Assembly (NCBI GenBank): GCA_014360335.1 | Contig: JACIXS010000123.1 | Span: 1 to 53,409 of the forward strand | DNA length: 53,409 bases | Reading direction: 5' to 3' | Source of the DNA: a bacterium | Lineage (GTDB): Bacteria; DUMJ01 | Made by a program: the position numbers and the translations under genes | Notes under the pieces: generated by a model | What the model was told of the DNA's origin: nothing | The model's database searches: none | The model's input: only the letters and a program-made list of their open reading frames with translations | Shown here: positions 42,659 to 53,078 of the stretch, one piece after another | How positions within the stretch are numbered: position 1 is the first letter of the stretch | Layout of the letters: every line of letters begins with the position of its first letter

Positions 42659-43906
42659 ATGAAACTGAAGATAGAAGGTGGAGTAAGGTTAACAGGAGAA
42701 GTAGATATAATTGGTGCCAAAAACTCAGCCCTCCCAATAATGGCTGCTACATTACTTACTACTGGAAAGAACATTCTACATAATATACCTGACCTTAAAG
42801 ATGTTCACACTATGATGAGTATGTTAGAGGTTTTTGGAGCTAAATTAAAACTCAAAAAGAATATTCTCCAAGTTACCATAGATGAACTAAATCATATAGA
42901 CCCACCAGAGGACCAGGTGAAACAGATGAGGGCATCATTCCTTGTTGCTGGTCCACTCTTGGCTAGACTTGGCAAGATTCGTATCCCTCTTCCAGGAGGC
43001 TGTCAGATAGGGTCTAGACCAGTAGACTTACATCTGAAAGGTTTCCAAGCCCTAGGAGCCAAAGTAGCTAGTGAACATGGCTATGTTGAGTTAGAAAGCA
43101 AAGGATTAAAGGGAGCATCTATATATCTTGACCTACCTACTGTAACTGGAACTGAGAATATTATGATGGCAGCTGTATTAGCCAAGGGAAAGACAGAGAT
43201 TATTAACGCTGCTAAAGAACCCGAAGTCGTTGATCTGGCAAATGCCCTGAATAAGATGGGAGCAAAGATAAAGGGTGCAGGAACAGACAGGATTGAGATT
43301 GAAGGGGTAGATGCTCTATCGCCTATAGAATACACTATAATTCCTGATAGGATAGAGGCAGGGACATTTCTTGTAGCTGGTGCGATTACCGGAGGAGAAG
43401 TTACTATTAGAGGAGCAAGAAAGGAACATCTTGGTGCTGTATTAGGTAAACTTGAAGAGATGGGGCATAAGATAGAGGCGGAAGATGATAAGATAACCAT
43501 TGTAGCAAAGAGTGTAGGAAAAGCATGTGACATTACAACTGCCCCCTATCCAGGATTTCCTACAGATATGCAGGCACTTTTCGCTAGTCTGTTAGGAGTA
43601 TCTAAGGGGACAAGCGTTATAACAGAGACGATATTCGATAGGAGATTTGGCTTTGTTGACGAACTTGTTAGAATGGGAGCAAATATGAAGGTGCAAGGGA
43701 ATACACTAATAGTAGTAGGAGTAAAGAGATACTCTGGTGCTAGCGTTACAGCTGGAGACCTAAGAGCTGGAGCTGCTCTTATAATGGCAGGACTAAATGC
43801 AGATGGGATTACAGAGATTTCAGGACTTGAGCACATAGAGAGAGGCTACGAGAGTATAGACAAAAAACTTAAGCTGTTAGGAGCTAAGGTCTCTATCGAA
43901 CTTTAG
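42659..43906 (+). CDS. murA: UDP-N-acetylglucosamine 1-carboxyvinyltransferase
   Basis: GAKNSALP, MRAS, LPGGCQIGSRPVDLH, EPE, DRIEAGT, YPGFPTDMQ, DLRAGA. Confidence 0.97.
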   Translation: MKLKIEGGVRLTGEVDIIGAKNSALPIMAATLLTTGKNILHNIPDLKDVHTMMSMLEVFGAKLKLKKNILQVTIDELNHIDPPEDQVKQMRASFLVAGPLLARLGKIRIPLPGGCQIGSRPVDLHLKGFQALGAKVASEHGYVELESKGLKGASIYLDLPTVTGTENIMMAAVLAKGKTEIINAAKEPEVVDLANALNKMGAKIKGAGTDRIEIEGVDALSPIEYTIIPDRIEAGTFLVAGAITGGEVTIRGARKEHLGAVLGKLEEMGHKIEAEDDKITIVAKSVGKACDITTAPYPGFPTDMQALFASLLGVSKGTSVITETIFDRRFGFVDELVRMGANMKVQGNTLIVVGVKRYSGASVTAGDLRAGAALIMAGLNADGITEISGLEHIERGYESIDKKLKLLGAKVSIEL

Positions 43907-43954
43907 GTATGTTTAATTCATACATTCTGTATAGTTAAAAGAAGGAGGGCTAGA

Positions 43955-45859
43955 TTGTTTAGAAGGATAATATTAGTATTAGTTTTATTTGTGTTTTTAA
44001 ATTCTATTTTGATTAACTTTGCCTTATCAAGCGAAAAGATAAAAATATCTGGGGTTGAGATACAAGGAAATCGTAACATCTCTAAAGAAGAGATAATAAA
44101 AATTTTGGAATTACCCGAAGAGGTAGATGAAGATACAATAAGAGCAAGTCTACAAAAGGTATTAAATATGGGATACTTCTCTAATGTCGATGCTGGTATA
44201 AGGGTAGTTCAGGATAAGTATATCCTAGTAATAAATGTAAAAGAAGCTCCTATATTCAAAGGAGTCAAGGTGATAGGTAACAAGGAGATAACCACTGATG
44301 AGATAGTAAACCTAATCTCGCTAAAACCGGGGACTACTATAAATCTTATTACTCTGAATCAAGATTTGAGTAAAATTGCAGACCTATATAAGAGTAAAGG
44401 ATACGTTGGAGCTAATTTCCAAGTCAATGTAACAGAGGATGGATGGGTAATTATAAACATAAATGAGGGTCCAACTGTCTCTGGATTCAAATTTAAGGGG
44501 AATACGGTACTAGCTTCTACAGCTATAGAAAAGTCGCTAGAAGGTTATAAGGGGAAAACCTTATCTATAAATCTCTTAAGAGATATGGCTCTTAATATCC
44601 AAGAGCTGTATAATAAAAATGGATATCCTGCATGTGTTATCCTTAATGCCTATAGTGATGAAAAAGGGGTAGTAACATTTGAGATAGGAGAGGGTAGAAT
44701 CTCAAAGATAGTTCTCGAAGGCAATCAGAAGACTAAAGACTATGTAATCCTTAGAGAAATGGAAACTAAGGTAGGAGATATCCTTAATAAGAATAAGATA
44801 CAGAAGGACCTACAGAAGATATTTAATCTCGGTTATTTCTCGGATGTAAATGCAGATATAAGATCTGCAGAGACACCTGGAGAGATAGTCCTTACAATTA
44901 AGGTAGTAGAACAACTTACTGGACAAGCTAATGGAGGCTTAGCTTATAGCACTAGGGAGGGGGTTTCTCTAGTTTTAGGTATCAGAGATTCTAATCTATT
45001 TGGAACTGGGAGAAATTTAGGTCTATATCTAAATATAGGTTTTACTGCCCACGATGTAACGATAAACTATACAGAGCCTTATATCTTTGGCACAACAGGA
45101 ACTTTAAACAGTTCTCTAATATGGAGACAGGCAGATACTACAGATATTATAGAGAATACAGAGGTCAGTTATCTGGAGGATAGAAAGACCCTTGAATTAG
45201 TATTAGATAAGCCAATAAATAATGAACTAAAAGGTTCGATAGGTTTTTCCTACAATGACATAAATTATCAAGCTAAAGAAGGGGAAACTTTGCCGGATAT
45301 AATAAAATCTGGTATCTCAAGCGCTGTAGTATTAGGGATAGCAAAAGATACTAGGGATGTAATATTAAATCCTACAAAAGGAGACTACTATGGGTTAAAC
45401 CTAAAGCAGGGTGGAGGTATACTTGGTGGAGATTTTAATTTTACTAAGATTAATCTTGACTTACGTTGGTATTTCCCTATCTCCGATAAAGATACATTCG
45501 CCATAAATTATCTCTGGGGATTAGGGTTTGGTGAACTGCCCTATATAGAGAAGTTTAGTGTGGGAGGGGTAAATTCTGTAAGAGGACTACCAGAAAACTG
45601 GAGGAAGTCTGACTATGTAGAGCTACTAAGTCTTGAATATAGAAATAAGATACAGGATAATATATTTGGTGTAATCTTTATAGACCTTGGAAATGGATGG
45701 AAAACTGGAGAGACGATAAATCCTGTGGATTTGTATACAGGTATAGGGCTTGGATTAAGAATAATGATCCCTCCTATGGGTTTGTTGAGGTTGGACTATG
45801 GTTGGGGTAGCTATGACTGGCAGGGGAGATTCTATTTTAGTATAGGACAAAAATTCTAG
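43955..45859 (+). CDS. bamA: Omp85/BamA outer membrane assembly factor
   Basis: Signal peptide, four POTRA-like repeats (each with a GN motif), NLFGTG, GG.NSVRG, C-terminal FYFSIGQKF; AGGAGG RBS. Confidence 0.92.
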   Translation: MFRRIILVLVLFVFLNSILINFALSSEKIKISGVEIQGNRNISKEEIIKILELPEEVDEDTIRASLQKVLNMGYFSNVDAGIRVVQDKYILVINVKEAPIFKGVKVIGNKEITTDEIVNLISLKPGTTINLITLNQDLSKIADLYKSKGYVGANFQVNVTEDGWVIININEGPTVSGFKFKGNTVLASTAIEKSLEGYKGKTLSINLLRDMALNIQELYNKNGYPACVILNAYSDEKGVVTFEIGEGRISKIVLEGNQKTKDYVILREMETKVGDILNKNKIQKDLQKIFNLGYFSDVNADIRSAETPGEIVLTIKVVEQLTGQANGGLAYSTREGVSLVLGIRDSNLFGTGRNLGLYLNIGFTAHDVTINYTEPYIFGTTGTLNSSLIWRQADTTDIIENTEVSYLEDRKTLELVLDKPINNELKGSIGFSYNDINYQAKEGETLPDIIKSGISSAVVLGIAKDTRDVILNPTKGDYYGLNLKQGGGILGGDFNFTKINLDLRWYFPISDKDTFAINYLWGLGFGELPYIEKFSVGGVNSVRGLPENWRKSDYVELLSLEYRNKIQDNIFGVIFIDLGNGWKTGETINPVDLYTGIGLGLRIMIPPMGLLRLDYGWGSYDWQGRFYFSIGQKF

Positions 45860-45869
45860 ATATAGGGAG

Positions 45870-46346
45870 TTGATGTGTAAGATGAATAAAGGATTAATAG
45901 TTTTAGCGTTGATTGTAGGTATAGTTGGTATCGTCCTTTGGGGAGTAAGTATTCCAAGGTATGGCTTCGCTCTGGATACTCTTAAAGTTGGTTATATAGA
46001 TATAAATAGAGTCTTAGAAAATCATCCTAGGATAGAAAAGGCAAAGAAAGATATAAATGACTTTGCCCTAAAAACTAAAGAAGAATATCAGAAACAATTA
46101 GATGAAGCAGTAAAGAATAAAACAGCTGCTGAAGCTCAACAGTTGAAGACAGAGTATGAAGCCAGACTAAATCAGGTTGTAGCACAAAAACAGCAGGAAA
46201 TATTAAAACCTATACTTGATGATATAAAGTTGACAGTTAGGGATGTAGCTAAGAAAAAAGGGATAGATATAGTTCTAAGGGGTGAGATAGTGATAGTTGG
46301 TGGTGTAGACATTACTGACGATGTCATAAAGGCTATAAAGAAATGA
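45870..46346 (+). CDS. skp: OmpH/Skp chaperone
   Basis: Signal/TM, VGYID...V...HP, coiled coil, VA..KG.D.VL, DITDDV. Confidence 0.88.
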   Translation: MMCKMNKGLIVLALIVGIVGIVLWGVSIPRYGFALDTLKVGYIDINRVLENHPRIEKAKKDINDFALKTKEEYQKQLDEAVKNKTAAEAQQLKTEYEARLNQVVAQKQQEILKPILDDIKLTVRDVAKKKGIDIVLRGEIVIVGGVDITDDVIKAIKK

Positions 46347-47353
46347 GATATACCTTGAAAGAAATAGCTCAGCTTATAAATGGAAGATTATATGGACCAC
46401 CTGAGTTAGTTATAACTGGAATAAACTCACCAGACCTAGCAAAAGAGACAGATATATGTATCATCTACGATGAGAAATTCTTAGAGTTAGCAAAAGGGCA
46501 TAATGTAGGAGCGGTTGTGATTAAAGAAGGCTTAACAATTGATAAGCCTCATATAGTAGTAGATGACCCTAGAGCTGTTATGCCAACTCTTCTAAATCTA
46601 TTTGTTAAGAAGAAAGAACTTAGAGGAATAGATAATACTGCTATTATTGGAAATAACTGCACTATTCCAGAGAGCTGTTTTGTAGGTCCATACGTAGTTA
46701 TAGGGGATAATGTAAAGCTTGGAGAGAGAGTTGTCATTATGGCTGGAAGTAAGATAGGAGACGAAGTTATAATTGGAGATGACTCTGTTGTAGGATATAA
46801 TGTAGTAGTAGAAGATAGAACTATCATAGGTAAAAGGGTCAAAATACAGCCTGGTGCAGTTATAGGTAAAGAAGGTTTTGGGTTCTATAGAAGCAAGGAT
46901 GGTTATATTAGGATTCCTCATCTAGGTAATGTAATAGTAGAAGATGACGTAGAAATTGGAGCTAATAGTATAGTAGACAGGGCAACTCTGGGATCTACAG
47001 TTATCAAGAAGGGAACAAAGATAGACAGTCTAGTATTGGTTGCTCATAATGTAAAGATAGGCGAAGATACTGCGATAGCTGGACAGACTGGAATAGCGGG
47101 GAGTTCCGAGATAGGTAACAGGTGTATGCTTGGTGGACAGGTAGGAATAGTAGACCATGTCAAAATTGGAGATGATTCAATAATACTAGCCCAGGCAGGG
47201 GTTATAGGAGATATACCCTCTAACTCGATTTTTTCTGGCACACCAGCTAGACCTCACCGAGATTGGCTAAAGGCTCAGGCAATACTACTAAGATTACCTA
47301 GAATAATCAAGAGGTTGAAGTTAAAAGATGAAACAGACAACGATAAAGAGTAG
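46343..47353 (+). CDS. lpxD: UDP-3-O-acylglucosamine N-acyltransferase
   Basis: Hexapeptide repeats, G.EGFGF, EIGANS.VDR, KIDSLV.VAHN, GGQ.G..DH. Confidence 0.95.
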   Translation: MRYTLKEIAQLINGRLYGPPELVITGINSPDLAKETDICIIYDEKFLELAKGHNVGAVVIKEGLTIDKPHIVVDDPRAVMPTLLNLFVKKKELRGIDNTAIIGNNCTIPESCFVGPYVVIGDNVKLGERVVIMAGSKIGDEVIIGDDSVVGYNVVVEDRTIIGKRVKIQPGAVIGKEGFGFYRSKDGYIRIPHLGNVIVEDDVEIGANSIVDRATLGSTVIKKGTKIDSLVLVAHNVKIGEDTAIAGQTGIAGSSEIGNRCMLGGQVGIVDHVKIGDDSIILAQAGVIGDIPSNSIFSGTPARPHRDWLKAQAILLRLPRIIKRLKLKDETDNDKE

Positions 47354-48146
47354 TGTTGAAATAAAAGGCATTGGATTACATACTGGGAAAGAGAGTAGAA
47401 TCATAATTTCTCCTGCTCCCGCGGATACTGGTATAGTCTTTAACTTTGCGGACAAGGACTCTTTAAAAGTTAACGTAGATAGTATGATTATATCTACGAA
47501 TAGAGGGACTATCCTAGCGCATAACGGATACTCTATATATACGGTAGAACATATACTTTCAGCCCTTAATGGATTAGAGATAGATAATGCAGAGATCATG
47601 TTAGAAGGTGAAGAGATACCATCCTGTGATGGAAGTGCTAAGGCTTTTGTAGAAAAGTTGAAAGATGCTGGTATAGAAATTTTAGGCAAAGCTAGAAATA
47701 TAATCCAGCTTCCAGAACCTATATGGATATTTAATGGAGATAAAGGTATATTTGCATTGCCAAGCGATAGACTTTCTATTTATTATGCTATAGAATTTCC
47801 TTGGATAGGAAAACAGTGGATATTTTACGAACACAGCCCTTCTAGGTATGAACAGGAGATTGCTCCTGCTAGGACATTTGGCTTTGAAGAAGAGATAGAA
47901 ATGTTGATGACCGAAGGTTTGGCAAAGGGAGGAAGTTTTCTGAATTCGATCATAGTTGGTAGGAATGGATATTCATCACCACTTAGATATCCCGATGAAT
48001 TTGTAAGGCATAAACTCTTGGACCTTATGGGAGACATCTATTTGTTAGGTAGACGTATTAATGCTACAATATTTGTAGTGAAGGGTGGACATAATCTTCA
48101 TGTAGAGTTAGTAAAGAGGATAAAAGAGGTGATTAATGATAGATAG
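47328..48146 (+). CDS. lpxC: UDP-3-O-acyl-GlcNAc deacetylase
   Basis: G.GLHTG, TVEH.LSAL, E.P..DGSA, ARTFGF, RHKLLD..GD, GH.LH. Confidence 0.95.
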   Translation: MKQTTIKSSVEIKGIGLHTGKESRIIISPAPADTGIVFNFADKDSLKVNVDSMIISTNRGTILAHNGYSIYTVEHILSALNGLEIDNAEIMLEGEEIPSCDGSAKAFVEKLKDAGIEILGKARNIIQLPEPIWIFNGDKGIFALPSDRLSIYYAIEFPWIGKQWIFYEHSPSRYEQEIAPARTFGFEEEIEMLMTEGLAKGGSFLNSIIVGRNGYSSPLRYPDEFVRHKLLDLMGDIYLLGRRINATIFVVKGGHNLHVELVKRIKEVINDR

Positions 48147-48627
48147 AGAGGTTTCTACCTTAAACATATATGACCTATTGAATATACTCCCCCATAGATA
48201 TCCATTTCTTCTAGTAGATAAGATTATAGAGTATGAGAAAGGGAAAAGGGTAAAGGGGATAAAAAATGTAACTATAAATGAACCTTATTTTCCAGGGCAT
48301 TTCCCAGAGATCCCTATAACCCCTGGAGTTATCATTATAGAGACCATGGCTCAGATAGCTGGAATACTCCTATTAGAAGAGGCAAAAGAAAAGGACCAAT
48401 TAGCTATACTAAGTGGAGTAGATAAGGTAAGATTCCGCAGGATGGTAAGACCAGGGGATCAGATAGTTATAGAGGCAGAGATTCTTCAGAAAAAGATTAA
48501 TTTCTGTAAGATGAAGTGTACCGCATATGTGGAGAATTATGTGGTAGCAGAAGGAGAGTTATTGATAGCTTTATATAAGGAGGATTCTATCCGTGACATA
48601 TATACATCCAACAGCAATAATAGATGA
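48136..48627 (+). CDS. fabZ: 3-hydroxyacyl-ACP dehydratase
   Basis: LPHRYPFLLVD, KNVTINEPYF.GHFP, PGV.IIE.MAQ, FR..V.PGD. Confidence 0.96.
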   Translation: MIDREVSTLNIYDLLNILPHRYPFLLVDKIIEYEKGKRVKGIKNVTINEPYFPGHFPEIPITPGVIIIETMAQIAGILLLEEAKEKDQLAILSGVDKVRFRRMVRPGDQIVIEAEILQKKINFCKMKCTAYVENYVVAEGELLIALYKEDSIRDIYTSNSNNR

Positions 48628-49417
48628 GTCAGTAAAATTAGGGGACGATGTAGAGATTGGTCCATATGTAATAATAAAGCATGATACTGTGATAGGTGCT
48701 GGAACGAAGATTGACTCTCACTGTATCATAGGTCCATGGGTCACTATAGGTAGGAGATGTGAAATATATGGAGGCTGTTCTATAGGGGCTCCTCCACAGG
48801 ACGTTCGATATAGAGGAGAGAGAAGTTTTGTTATCATTGGAGATAATAATATACTAAGGGAGTTTGTCACTATACACAGGGCATCGGGTAAAGATAAAGC
48901 CACTATAATAGGAGATAATAACTTTCTTATGGCGTATTCCCATGTAGCTCATAACTGCAAACTCGGGAATGGTATAACTATGGCTAACTCTTCGAACCTA
49001 GCAGGTTATGTAGAGGTTCACGACAAGGCGGTTATAGGAGGGATAGTAGGGGTTCATCAGTTTGTAAGAATAGGCAGACTAGCTATGGTAGGAGCTTGCT
49101 CTAAGGTTGTCCAGGATGTTCTCCCTTTTTCTCTTGTTGATGGTCATCCCGCAAAAGCCTATGGGATAAATGTAGTTGGTCTTAGAAGGGCAGGGTATCC
49201 ACCAGAGATAAGAAGTATCATCCAGAAGGCTTTTAAGATCTTTTACTTTTCTCATCCAGGTAGGGTGAAATCGCTAATAACCTTAGAAGAGGAGCTGGAG
49301 GATATACCTGAGATAGAAGAGATGGTAGAATTCATTAAAAATAGCAGGAGGGGAATAGTAAAGGCTGCTAGAGAAGCTCTACAATGGGACGTTCAAACAT
49401 TCTTAGAGAGCATGTGA
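48593..49417 (+). CDS. lpxA: Acyl-ACP--UDP-GlcNAc O-acyltransferase
   Basis: IHPTAII, hexapeptide repeats, PQD, REFVTIHR, HVAHNC, HQFVRIG, GLRRAG. Confidence 0.95.
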   Translation: MTYIHPTAIIDESVKLGDDVEIGPYVIIKHDTVIGAGTKIDSHCIIGPWVTIGRRCEIYGGCSIGAPPQDVRYRGERSFVIIGDNNILREFVTIHRASGKDKATIIGDNNFLMAYSHVAHNCKLGNGITMANSSNLAGYVEVHDKAVIGGIVGVHQFVRIGRLAMVGACSKVVQDVLPFSLVDGHPAKAYGINVVGLRRAGYPPEIRSIIQKAFKIFYFSHPGRVKSLITLEEELEDIPEIEEMVEFIKNSRRGIVKAAREALQWDVQTFLESM

Positions 49418-50556
49418 AGATAGCTATCTTAGCAGGAGAAGTATCTGGAGATGTTCAGGGTGCTTATCTAGCTGGAGGTCTATTAAATAATGATTATGGT
49501 ATAAAGGTTTCACTCTGTGGTGTTGGTGGAGAGTATATGAAGAGTAGGGGGGTTAAGTTATGGGAGGAAGCCTCTAGATATGGTTCAGTTGGCTTCTGGG
49601 AACCTATAAAGTTTTTACCCGGTTGGCTAAAGATTTATGGCAGAGTTAAGGAGAGGATAAAGGGTGAAGATTTAGATGCTGTTATTTTTATCGACAATCA
49701 AGGATTTAACCTTCAGATAGCTAAATTTATCAAAAAGGAAAGACCTAATCTACCTATGTTTTACTACTTCTCTCCCCAGGCATGGCTTTGGGGAAGTGGG
49801 ATAGCTAAACAGGTAAGAGACCTTGGTATTAAGGTCTTAGCTGTCTTTCCTAAAGAAAGAGATGTATATAAAGCCAACGGAGTAGAGGTGTACTTTGTTG
49901 GACATCCCCTTTTAGATATAGTAGAGGCTAAAGTCCCACCTGAGAAGATAAGAGAGACTTTAGGTATACAAGATGACCTTCCTTTGGTAGGATTATTTCC
50001 AGGTAGTAGACAGCAAGAGATCACTTCTCTATTACCTATTATGCTAGAAGGTGTGTCTCCTTTGATAAATAGAGAGGCATACTTTTATGTAGCTAGTGCA
50101 TCACAATTTGCCTATGAATTGATTGTAAAGATTTTAGAAAAGAACAATCTATATCTGCCAATTATTTCTGCAAATAGATACGACTATATGAATGCTTCTA
50201 AACTCTTAATTATGGCTTCTGGAACAGCAGTTCTAGAATCTGCCTTGGTAGGTGTACCTGTCATAGCTCTATATAAACTCTCTTGGATTTCTTGGAACAT
50301 AGCAAAGAGGATAGTCCACTATCCCTATGCTACTATGCCGAATATCCTACTTGAGAAACCTGTTGTTATAGAATTATTACAGAAAGATGCTAATCCTATA
50401 AAGCTTAGAAATACGCTGAGGGAATTACTATCTGACGATCAAAAGTTAGAAGCCATAAAGGATGATTTTAGGAAGATAAATGAGATTCTAGGAGAGAAGG
50501 GAGCTATTAAAAGGGCCGTTGAATGTATTTTTAGGGGGTTAAATTGTATTGAATAA
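49384..50556 (+). CDS. lpxB: Lipid-A-disaccharide synthase
   Basis: AGEVSGD, ID..GFN, SPQAWLW, FVGHPL, FPGSR.QE, SGTA.LE, PNI; start may be GTG 49414. Confidence 0.92.
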   Translation: MGRSNILREHVKIAILAGEVSGDVQGAYLAGGLLNNDYGIKVSLCGVGGEYMKSRGVKLWEEASRYGSVGFWEPIKFLPGWLKIYGRVKERIKGEDLDAVIFIDNQGFNLQIAKFIKKERPNLPMFYYFSPQAWLWGSGIAKQVRDLGIKVLAVFPKERDVYKANGVEVYFVGHPLLDIVEAKVPPEKIRETLGIQDDLPLVGLFPGSRQQEITSLLPIMLEGVSPLINREAYFYVASASQFAYELIVKILEKNNLYLPIISANRYDYMNASKLLIMASGTAVLESALVGVPVIALYKLSWISWNIAKRIVHYPYATMPNILLEKPVVIELLQKDANPIKLRNTLRELLSDDQKLEAIKDDFRKINEILGEKGAIKRAVECIFRGLNCIE

Positions 50557-51676
50557 ATTGATTATGCTTACCAATAGCCCTGGGGAGATAAGTGGATGGT
50601 TTCTTCCCTTAGCTAAGATTATAAAAGAGACATACCCTAAATTAGAGATAATAGCAGTTCTATTGCCCTGTCAATATGCCAGCGGGACAGAGGTCGAGGT
50701 TTTAGCTAAGTCTAAGGTATTTTTCAAAGTAGTGGATAGGAAAGAATTACTAAAATTTCTATTATCCCCTCAGATAAATGATGAGAAGGTTCTTATCTTA
50801 CAGCTTGGGGGAGACCCTTATTGGGGGACTCTATTTAAGTTAAGGTTAAGAGGTAAGCTGTTCGTATATTCAGATAGTTTAGTCCATACAAACAGATGGG
50901 CAGACAAGGTCCTTTTGGCGGACCCAAGATTTTCTAAAGGAGAAGATAATGAGATAGCAGTTGGGAATTTGATACTTGACAGTATAGATACAAATGTCTC
51001 CATTGATGGTTCTAGTATAGCCTTTTTACCTGGCAGTAGACCCTATGGGTTTAAACTGGTTTTACCATTTATGCTTGAGACAGGAGAGATATTAAGGAAG
51101 AAGTTAGATAATAGTATAAAATTTATTATCTCACCATTTGTACCGGTTGAAACTCTTGGTAAATATATTCCAGAAGGTTTCAAGTTAGAAAAAGATAAAA
51201 TAATCTCTAGCTCTGGCAATATATACTATATCGAGAAAGGAGAACATTGGGGATGGGTAAGAGATGTAAAATTAGCTATAAATATCCCTGGAACTAATAC
51301 CTTACAGTTAGCTCTCTTAGGTGTGCCTCAGATAACGATATTACCTCTGCAATGGGCTGAATATATTCCCTTAGAAGGTATAGTAGAGTGGATAAGCAGG
51401 ATACCTATAATTGGTAAGCCTATAAAAAGGTCTATAGTTTATAAACTTCTTCCTAAGGTCAAATTTATAGCTCTTCCCAATATAATCTCAAAGAGAAAGA
51501 TTACAGAGGAGCTTATAGGTTTAATAACTCCAGAGATTTTAGCAGACAAGATAATGGAACTTTTAAATAATGAGCAACTATTAGACAATATGAAAAAAGA
51601 ATTAAAGGCTATAAGGTTTTTAGGAGGGGCGGGAAGAAATATAGCAAAACTCGTTGGGGATGAACTTTGTGAATAA
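50549..51676 (+). CDS. LpxB-related GT-B glycosyltransferase
   Basis: N.PGE..GW, PC.YASG.E, LGGD, VGNL..D, FLPGSR, PGTNT, LPNI; shares PGSR and PNI motifs with the adjacent LpxB. Confidence 0.75.
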   Translation: MNKLIMLTNSPGEISGWFLPLAKIIKETYPKLEIIAVLLPCQYASGTEVEVLAKSKVFFKVVDRKELLKFLLSPQINDEKVLILQLGGDPYWGTLFKLRLRGKLFVYSDSLVHTNRWADKVLLADPRFSKGEDNEIAVGNLILDSIDTNVSIDGSSIAFLPGSRPYGFKLVLPFMLETGEILRKKLDNSIKFIISPFVPVETLGKYIPEGFKLEKDKIISSSGNIYYIEKGEHWGWVRDVKLAINIPGTNTLQLALLGVPQITILPLQWAEYIPLEGIVEWISRIPIIGKPIKRSIVYKLLPKVKFIALPNIISKRKITEELIGLITPEILADKIMELLNNEQLLDNMKKELKAIRFLGGAGRNIAKLVGDELCE

Positions 51677-53078
51677 TCTAGACTGGACACTTGTTGTATT
51701 TCTTATAGTAATAAGTGGAGTAATAGCCTTCGTTGGTAACTATGTAGGGAGAAGGGCAGGGAAGAGAAGAGTTTCTATACTTGGTTTAAGACCATACTAT
51801 ACATCTATGATTATTACTGTTCTTACAGGCATCACTATTACCGCTGTTACTTTGATTATCTTGGTTAGCGTATCTTCCAGTATGAGAAGTGCCTTGGAGA
51901 ATAAGGCACAACTTCAAGAAACTGTAAGACTTCTCTCTCAGAGATTAAGCACTACTCAATCAGAGCTTTCTATAAGGGCAAGTGAGTTGAATGCAGCTAT
52001 AGAGTATCAGAAGAAGTTGGAAGAAAATATAAAAGAGCAAAGTAAAAAGGTAAAGCAATTAGAAAAGCAGATAAAAGAGATGGAGTTCGACCTGAAGAAT
52101 AAAGAGAGAGCACTAGAAGAAAATAGAGCTCATTTAAAAGAACTAGAAAGACAGCGAGAAAGGCTTACTAATACAATCGCTGAATTAAGTAGAGATAGGG
52201 AAAAGCTTAAAAAAGAGGCAGATCTACTTAAAGAAGAGAGAGAAAAACTTTTAGAAGAGAGTAAACAATTAAAAGACAGACTGGGTAAATTAGAAAAAGA
52301 TGTGTCTGAGCTTGAGAAACAGCGGCAAATTTTAAATAGTAAGTTGGAATTATATAATTTAGAACTATCTGAATTGAAAAAGGAAGTAGATAATTATAAG
52401 ATTCAGGCAGTAGAACTTAAAAAAGAGATAAAATTTAAAGAAGAACAGTTAAATTTATTGAGGCATCAAAAGATTCTTTTCCATGGTGGAGAGACGATAA
52501 TAGCAGAAACTATTAATGGTCCTAAAAGTGAACAGGAAGCTAGAGATAGTTTGGGTTATCTATTGGATAGAGCTAATGAGATAGTTAGATCTAGATATGT
52601 TCAATTAGGACTATCTCCACCGGATAAAGACGCTATTATAACATACGATTCAGATGATTTAGGATTTGCTATCAGATCTTTAAAAGAGGAGCAGAGATTG
52701 ATACGTATAAAAATCAAGAATAATACCTTTATAAGAGAGCCGGCCCAATTGACAATAGAATCTCTGAAGAGCAAACTTATCTTTAATAAAGATGAGACTA
52801 TAACTTTTAGATTTATATCTTCCAAGTTACCAAGGAATAAGATTATAGAAGAGTTAGATTTGCTCTTAACCGAAGCAGTGAAAGAAGGCATTAGAAGAGG
52901 AATGATTATAGACCACTTAACTAATCCAATTGCCAATGTCTCTTATGAAACACTTCTCAGTTTGTCGGTAAGAATAAAGGTCAAATACTCAAAGGTTGAT
53001 AGCGCCTTGGTTTTGGTTAAGGCTGAAAGAGAGATATATACTGGAGGACCTTTAAGAGTAAGATTTGAGGTTCGTTAG
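51654..53078 (+). CDS. DUF3084-like membrane-anchored coiled-coil protein
   Basis: SG.IA..GN..GRR.GK.R.S..GLRP..T...IT..TG N-terminus, then about 190 aa heptad coiled coil and a globular C-terminus; start may be ATG 51660. Confidence 0.8.
   Translation: MGMNFVNNLDWTLVVFLIVISGVIAFVGNYVGRRAGKRRVSILGLRPYYTSMIITVLTGITITAVTLIILVSVSSSMRSALENKAQLQETVRLLSQRLSTTQSELSIRASELNAAIEYQKKLEENIKEQSKKVKQLEKQIKEMEFDLKNKERALEENRAHLKELERQRERLTNTIAELSRDREKLKKEADLLKEEREKLLEESKQLKDRLGKLEKDVSELEKQRQILNSKLELYNLELSELKKEVDNYKIQAVELKKEIKFKEEQLNLLRHQKILFHGGETIIAETINGPKSEQEARDSLGYLLDRANEIVRSRYVQLGLSPPDKDAIITYDSDDLGFAIRSLKEEQRLIRIKIKNNTFIREPAQLTIESLKSKLIFNKDETITFRFISSKLPRNKIIEELDLLLTEAVKEGIRRGMIIDHLTNPIANVSYETLLSLSVRIKVKYSKVDSALVLVKAEREIYTGGPLRVRFEVR

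Noticed and set aside
51880-52470. Repeat-like purine-rich tract in the DUF3084-like gene
   Set aside because: Explained by E/K/L heptad coiled-coil coding; no exact DNA tandem repeat seen.
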